33,040 nucleotides of DNA from an uncultured Oscillospiraceae bacterium (GTDB lineage: Bacteria; Bacillota; Clostridia; Peptostreptococcales; Anaerovoracaceae), in assembly GCA_964596085.1 (NCBI GenBank), contig CAZQSP010000001.1:1-33040 (forward strand). The letters are read 5' to 3'. The position numbers were made by a program, and so were the translations under genes. Positions within the stretch are counted from its first letter, which is position 1. Every line of letters starts with the position of its first letter. Positions 30,701-33,040 of the stretch are shown here, in pieces. Under the pieces are notes generated by a model. The model ran no database searches and had not been told where the DNA came from. It worked only from the letters and a program-made list of their open reading frames with translations.

Positions 30701-33040
30701 AGCGGCGGACAGCTTGTAGCCTCATACTCGAACAACACGACAAAGACGATAGAACTTGGAAGTGATAAGCTTCGGATTGAAATTCCTGATGGTGCATTGG
30801 ATGTTGTGGGGAAATTTGCGGTGACAGACGAGGTCCCTATAACTGTCAGCTACACCGAAGGAGGGATAACAAAGTCAACGAGAATCAATGTCAGTGTAGA
30901 GAATCCTGTACAGAGCGTAGTCCTCACAAAAAAAGATACTGCAAGGACTACATATCCGAGAGGTGTATATGATGAGCCTTTGTACTCCGATTACAATATC
31001 ACGGTTAACTATGCGGAGGGCAGCGGCCTCCGGAAGGAAGAAAAGACACTGCAGGAGGCTATGGCATGGAACGGACTCAGGTTTGGTAGGGCAAATATCG
31101 TCTGGACGAACGGTACCGGATTTGACGGCAGTACTCCGGGCGAATATGAGTTCAAGCTTAAATACGAAGGCGTAGAGTCCGAACAGAGCTTCAGTGTTGA
31201 CGTTTGCGATTTCCAAATAGCAGAGGTTAACATAAATGAGGATTTTAAGTTTATAGCCGGAATGGAGCTTTCTGATTTCAGGAATGTTTCAAGTATGACT
31301 ATTCGATACCGGACGAACAGAAGCGCTGAGGGACAGACGAGTGCACCTGCAGATGAAATCGTAAGTCTGAGGGATGCTGCTGTCGACATAACATCGTCGG
31401 AATATGATCCGCTCTCGCTCAGCATGGCATCGTTGGGAAGAAAAGAGTTCGCTGTAACATATGGTATAAACAGTGTCGGAGAAGCTAATACCTTCACCTT
31501 TGTAGAAAATGTCATAGCATGCTCGCTCAATATTGTCGGAGGTCCTGAGAAAGTGGTTCTGGACAAGGACGGCAAGCCGCTCGACAGCACATATTGGGGT
31601 AAAATACAGCTACTGTCACTCTATAATCAGCAAATCGGTACCGTAGATATCAACAACCCTGACTTCGAGAGGAGGGGAAGCATAGGTAGCTACACTGTAA
31701 GTAATTTGCCGGCAAATGCAGCTAACTATAGTGTGCTGACCACGAGCGGCATAGGCGTAAATCAGATCGCTTCAATCGCACTGCCGTCTCAGTCGTTGCT
31801 CAAGACAAATTATGTGTTGGGTGAAAAGCTGAAGAAGGAGAACATCACGGTGAGCTTTACGGTTGATTCTGCAGATGCAAGTGCTACGTTAGCTCTCTCC
31901 GATGCTGATGTGCAGATAGGTATAGCAGCGGATGCATACAATTCCGACACTCCGGACGGAAGCGCAAGCACGGATGCCAACGCAGCCAAGACACTGAAGA
32001 AGCTGGGCAACCATAACGTTACCGTAGCCTACGGTGGTGCGACGGCAAGCTACAATATATCCGTGGAAGCAGCCGGTATAGAGAAGGTAGACGGTTATGA
32101 GCCTAAGCGCAAGTATCTGGACGGAGAGAGAATCAACTTCTCTGATATGCGCATCAAGGTTCTCGGCGCAGGCAATACAAACTTTGGAACATATCGACTG
32201 AATGAGCAAGGCATTGCAAACCTCCAAAGCAAGCTGGGCGGCACGCTCAGCCTCAAAGAGCGCGAGACGGTGATAAGCGACCAAACGAAGCTTTCTGTAG
32301 GTCAGGGCAGCACAAGGACGGCATTCATATCCGTTTGCTACGGCGGCAAGCAAATATCAAACCCGATTGCAATAACGATATACCGCGCATCCGATTCAAT
32401 ATCGGTGCAGGCAGATCGCAGGGGTACCGCATGGTACGGCAAGCCTAACGAGGTCAATGCCGGAAGTGAGCTCGCTGTAAAGAATAACGGCTACAGCGGA
32501 AGCTCCGCATACTACAGCCGCAAGGCTTATGTGCAGTTCGATTTGTCCGATTGCATCAAGTATGCAAGCGATAACGACCTGAAGATTGATTCGCTTACTC
32601 TGAGCTTCAAGGCAAAAAATAATAGTAAGGATCCAATACAACGCAAAACGAAGCTCTTTGATGTGCTCGGCACCTGGCCGACAGCGCAAGAGGGCGGTGT
32701 GACGGTAAACAAGCTTACTTGGAATACGGCTAAAAGCTTTACAGTGGGAACGTGGAGCAGCAACGTAAATATCAAGGAAGAAAAGACCTTCACGCTGACA
32801 ATACCGAAATCGCTGATAAGAGATAAGCTTATCCTCGGAATGGAGAGTGTTGACAAGAACGGCGGCGATATGCAATATATCTATGCGGACGGCACTATGA
32901 AGCTCAAGGTGAACTATGCACTGAATAAGGAAGTCAAGGAAATCAAGGATATCACAGGCTACAAGGATACGTATATGCGAGGCAGTTCAATAGATAAGTC
33001 GCAGGGCAGCCTCAGAGTGGTATACACGGACGATTCATCT
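18743..33040 (+). CDS. Giant secreted/surface protein, >=4766 aa, 3'-partial: signal peptide, repeat linker, CBM96/DNRLRE-like, 8 GLUG modules, Big_3-like Ig repeats, CBM96-like
   Basis: Hand translation of frame 2 finds no stop from ATG 18743 to the window end; RBS AAGGAG; signal MRQRSRFARWISIALIIGLVVTCMPVTSALA; recurrent G.GT..DPY / YKL..DIDL / FDGNG..I / GLFG / GG.VG motifs; later Ig-like units (P...G..IDL.GG.L...Y, VTVSY.G). Confidence 0.9.
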   Translation, partial: MRQRSRFARWISIALIIGLVVTCMPVTSALAEVQPTQIANESDGNEGQPQIRNGQPQGNEEGEAQDNEDEPQGNEEGEPQDGNNAQTRGNDGQTQGNDAQTQGNDGQTQGNDGQAQGGGDLPLTENSGSSYVERTLTMTPALYYASILKGGELSHQVDEYNGSGSVPIGDSESSEAYLVFNSQGENNDSFYKLQDLLRSDVQIENARLVFSLEGGAAGSFTVNAYPLLIDAENFDKFNKCETLPAITDGILASGLLCAASERDVENIGGYSINLLNEIATWTTSGRLSDILSNGYFGYALRLTGGNADISAVQLVITYLESEETAPSQAVIEAADAMLAARENIQQSLEGSGTVSDPYLIFTADQLCGMVENDNACYKLMRDIDLEGYDWRPVGYYYWYPFMGYLDGNGHTIKNLYVGGTGNDAWDINAGGLFGYLEGRVENLHVETVKAKRKGVDFFGYAGGIAGVANAPAEIINCSVNGYISGNNRAGGLVGIAYPGVIIENCCAIGTVDMSQAFAYINDNGLEFTKEVWDTCMSLLVWGAGVYSSFTGTRAASGSEKKWNASDYADMFTSIVTKFPIDELFNTGSLQKLRKCCVGGLVGLNYATIKNSYSSTDIEKPRSSNYLTIGDWGKTGGVVGRNMEDYADVSNCFYNIDCKGNDDNEGGVGTAKTTEELKSANLFGSGESSAKKQWNHDLKLKSADGLPLPVCNYVNRDMNENYQPDVYYDSRVLMKTRESFFLGTETEDGSLICSKCVELKKELEKKETEAEKAPIRKQIAVTGIYQRGSDARPYHVHDLDSLLAMQDNKESHFILCCDIDFKVSNGNSKTVQKYWWPAGKTHFSPIKGSLKGNTSCNSDTYIYEAGEIKPLSVENKADRFTIKNLTVQSNRHAGLFASFRGTFSDINIELAQGTWSSWRDGIKNPESSSVVGIFTIGNKASAGAVAGETVNGALIRDCFVSGGTSSNNVYMPGYIKGAIRTGGIVGMNNRGSELDGCDAYVDMDARNFETVYLEDDAGTNIDIIHNAILSIDSIISVCAGIADVESVAEEMKNNKSIGVVKEFIQALGHAAQVAITPSVWYSTIEDFPIIKYFVLRYSDVCIGGLVGENYGNIMNTCIAVKESSISAAMAPFGTLLNPNLSLIPYFNTLHRGRVVGRNNWVAGANVAAKRGNLAQTSSFSTAEVSIHSPLVASKANRSMNLEGKGTESEPFITRTEGDIKELATIIKEGRSQGIYIKQVKDISLSDGSEFKGFEGSFEGTYDGNGYSISGLTTNRPLFAGLSAACVKNLILKNSIIMSEAAFATTAENGSRIQNCGLERNVQIGGEGAPAVAGFVGSLTDSAIYNVYNYAGMRSSSVVCGIAREIKGSSEVVSCYTDTKQPTPPTQDAENSTPVTVYAVAQSVAATADYRYCRWSIASDAGTATATDKRSGQKKNADKSGRLTEAESWIFTLCNLLEGNAQESDKSELGYTNDATWALGEPVAEGEIRPGFYFYGYRLQGSGTKEQPYIISDALDFEHFTQKIRLMADTEDIYFKQTADIEINSAANDNLTANSKASDYNSFKGCYDGGYHSLSKITIDNAKTGDNTTAASIFGVLEGATVKNLGIKGSTFKAARAAAIATEGTDRACLDGSEKRNLIQNCWTESDVEINGSIYAGGLLGDMEKTDVYACASYASVGSENATGGGIAYKLTSGEVRLCISAGSLSGENKYRLALLSETESRDNYLIGTGAGEMSATNLSDKSFLDSVNDTAVRSGITALGEWIITKTENENDIIIPSETELKPTEQDGKVVYADRTSRYIDLDYEDFSAGKGTRAEPYEIYSIEELARVNHHIKEGTYFRLMADLDFSNYCKTHDWVAIGTDADYFAFQGVFDGNGYTISNLTMTSSSTAGLFGYCAGTIKNLKVVNFNINTTGSSAGAIVGELCAGGRVEQCAVAYADGKETHIDSAHYSGGIVGVAQKGSVIRNVYADRVHASLSNILVLNGGEDSLLGGARDSSTLSAGFTDGWSVVGEFIGILDTLTKASGLFSTDFFSSLSVLINTMQDSDYRTAAAGGIVGFLGGTLEDSWVWRKSNASDSMSSATAGLLSAYQGEGVGRRFYGSVVGENQSVNVPGLKAVGTDDNGELSNKNYIIVESTSIDNLGINSPRWNGRELKVFENEMRGRSGVESVFDLEKELSAIEPAKDIDGYYMVSNANELAYIEFDPYSNYKLMNDIDLSGYNWVPLCRQRDQYFAATLDGQGYSIYGLHVETNENGGLFGYVLGTVTNLNIGVDVVDAYGSAGAVAAGVYYPGKLSKVSVVPTAVAKAMIAERIISVFKKDEDQIPSTEQALLKSLLDAEDAPANKTKAEARIKAVYTANDIQDKDYSDKAHIIGGGNDDGAGVGGLVGIVGKDVDVKDCYSRVNVSNANFAVVKSFDLTGFVLGLIDSLTEILDPIVSRGASIASAISVWNETNELLEAYNAARKLYEENLGKHNLSVDAEATIVEEVETIVCEQNKLQTDMAECETNAKAAEEQIKELDAQINKLNEKQAKDGKLSESDQKNLNDCTKKRTEEQTKMEGYNKQKKINLEEKGKLESAYSTKLNEFNTKNSTNRENEKALKDQKEKLDKQAKDYNSRIDEESSLFAPDFFQAIVQFAKAIGDTILDLKLSSYDSCVGGLVGECRGRLVNCYTVGKLEYKFSGIWSWINGGVHYGTLVGRIRHGGSASSNGRIGSLGQMISNCYYYPENTGDNSFGNKIRDWHPMELEKVGENIDNGGKKTPIFKQVYAENWMYTALDGFDFSSTWKKGAYSMYPELVSPLEASAYAMSSDARMMRPFAQGSGTEEDPYIISTVLEFLDMAKYRKEEYYYKLACDIDLTPDNGNGNYVNSCIDLSTDFFGGIGYGLDTGIFSGYDVDLDFDGDAFAGHFDGNGYKIRYTEKVWSKEDIENIDPYYYACGLFPVLSGSIENLELECTGIAPKARYRGLIAGRMLAGSRVENVRVSYQGSATLVAQVAVGGMVGSVEKGAYIGNCVLDAPNLDFSVEKESIFVSERIASIIGENGGTAEYLIARTGHDGAVRANTLTGGVSHELWHGKSDGSSTYANGQISLPGAATERDWVNRGFDFNNTWTMDEAKPALRCLRSTDKYQYYSSLRDKACEAINAKEITMTDSDIYKHQGEQASISGIGTESSPFAISSPKDFMAMMYAISGAGDAAGRSYSGVYFEQTEDICLDLKELAGIKYTKNNVETSILGDGVFGGNYDGNGHIIELTDTGSGIGLPKLFKSLSGATFRNCIFIAPKNQEEQTSILLAEKASNSLFLNCDLIKVNKLADSMSDVSMLNNLYENPAVFDGIVKSDCFNGRIVGLEDAAEAAFINNKQAVDSYTEETTETACAELNLMTGLPEEIKKMAYAWSSDGLRYRPSTDAYETVNFDLGEGVEIKSVGELKYVKGTLNGYNTLPESTYIRDGSKLVAVRVPAGTKLNLELSYTGTAHEEKYVVITGEAAGCKPNLKELILALASRNTEPSESSKVNADNEQSESTAPDTDALFAQLTEDDYLRAAGRADTQSSGGIIGTLPSDTTQLRYEVGSGDNIISIYKQNTPYKAELIFNKPFVGASVKKVRFCFTERIYEELEPEELQIEGLNNHLVGEQTVSVLRPVQTLDEDGNPTVENMRFETKVSLWDLDNFDSLSIDTWPSRYYYLRDDVKAGAARLIDLSGAKIYAKKNGTVQIIDIEDMFAELPDGKISQYYEVEPITGSDGEYEDADPTGTHRIALKTPELSEAPNNQPIWVTMWIRHQAITFQICIVDEIPLTSIEISKLPAQTAITEGQAIDLTGGKLKLHYDTYRTEEIDLESDEVSASLGLTDENGRAKVTVSYQGCTTTYTVASYTISIDSVKSWGTTQRYRIDTPINYEDWQIKIWYNNSTQEIKSLKQILAEKKPGEDTHLPTFDDSSLPQDVSEQLRNYTIRYKGHEVSFAYYVYERDLTGLSYVADSLTAVQYKGLPFNTSGGQLVASYSNNTTKTIELGSDKLRIEIPDGALDVVGKFAVTDEVPITVSYTEGGITKSTRINVSVENPVQSVVLTKKDTARTTYPRGVYDEPLYSDYNITVNYAEGSGLRKEEKTLQEAMAWNGLRFGRANIVWTNGTGFDGSTPGEYEFKLKYEGVESEQSFSVDVCDFQIAEVNINEDFKFIAGMELSDFRNVSSMTIRYRTNRSAEGQTSAPADEIVSLRDAAVDITSSEYDPLSLSMASLGRKEFAVTYGINSVGEANTFTFVENVIACSLNIVGGPEKVVLDKDGKPLDSTYWGKIQLLSLYNQQIGTVDINNPDFERRGSIGSYTVSNLPANAANYSVLTTSGIGVNQIASIALPSQSLLKTNYVLGEKLKKENITVSFTVDSADASATLALSDADVQIGIAADAYNSDTPDGSASTDANAAKTLKKLGNHNVTVAYGGATASYNISVEAAGIEKVDGYEPKRKYLDGERINFSDMRIKVLGAGNTNFGTYRLNEQGIANLQSKLGGTLSLKERETVISDQTKLSVGQGSTRTAFISVCYGGKQISNPIAITIYRASDSISVQADRRGTAWYGKPNEVNAGSELAVKNNGYSGSSAYYSRKAYVQFDLSDCIKYASDNDLKIDSLTLSFKAKNNSKDPIQRKTKLFDVLGTWPTAQEGGVTVNKLTWNTAKSFTVGTWSSNVNIKEEKTFTLTIPKSLIRDKLILGMESVDKNGGDMQYIYADGTMKLKVNYALNKEVKEIKDITGYKDTYMRGSSIDKSQGSLRVVYTDDSS
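18872..19090 (+). repeat. Intragenic tandem repeats encoding a low-complexity linker
   Basis: Five 21-bp units at 18986-19090 (GNNAQTR, GNDGQTQ, GNDAQTQ, GNDGQTQ, GNDGQAQ) preceded by degenerate GNE(E)G(Q/E)PQ units. Confidence 0.9.
19790..28930 (+). other. Eight GLUG-type beta-solenoid modules within the giant ORF
   Basis: Module heads near 19790 GSGTVSDPY, 21098 RGSDARPY, 22346 GKGTESEPF, 23237 GSGTKEQPY, 24167 GKGTRAEPY, 25289 DIDGYY, 27194 GSGTEEDPY, 28229 GIGTESSPF. Confidence 0.8.
29560..32390 (+). other. Run of roughly 8-10 divergent bacterial Ig-like (Big_3-type) domains
   Basis: e.g. LTSIEISKLPAQTAITEGQAIDLTGGKLKLHY...VTVSYQG; PKRKYLDGERINFSDM; GFDGSTPGEYEFKLKYEG; boundaries approximate. 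Confidence 0.65.
32390..32920 (+). other. CBM96/DNRLRE-like beta-sandwich domain
   Basis: P.E.N..SELAVK...SRKAYVQFDLS...IDSLTLSF...LTWNT...LKVNY resembles the R.AY..FDLS / I.SA.L / ITWN pattern of that family. Confidence 0.6.

Noticed and set aside
19312-32875. Dozens of short ORFs suggesting a fragmented or pseudogenised region
   Set aside because: All overlap one uninterrupted frame-2 ORF that the track omitted because it lacks a stop codon in the window.
1-33040. Mobile elements, prophage, defence systems, tRNA/rRNA genes
   Set aside because: No integrase, transposase, reverse transcriptase, phage or structural RNA signatures seen.

Overview
Clostridia-like chromosomal window (inferred from spoIID, class 3 FBPase, DUF1292 and Firmicutes-type promoters and RBSs). 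The left 18.3 kb is housekeeping: yhaM, a CCA-like nucleotidyltransferase, recD2 and comF in one operon; a PucR regulator with a DMT transporter; spoIID with a sigmaE-type promoter; fbp; divergent serA / serC-apgM-dac-uvrC; and a DUF1292 gene. The right 14.3 kb is a single + strand ORF that the supplied track missed because it has no stop inside the window (18743 to >33040, at least 4766 codons, translated by hand). It encodes a giant secreted protein: signal peptide, 21-bp tandem-repeat linker, a weak CBM96/DNRLRE-like domain, eight GLUG-type beta-solenoid modules, a run of Big_3-like Ig domains and a second CBM96-like domain. Most interesting: (1) four GLUG modules carry amphipathic helical inserts at the same position, one extended by an AT-rich ~190-aa coiled coil; (2) an attenuator-like leader precedes this gene; (3) the CCA-like enzyme has a degenerate catalytic motif; (4) serA and serC share a near-perfectly palindromic bidirectional promoter. 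Family and domain calls are from motif recognition only; no database search was run.
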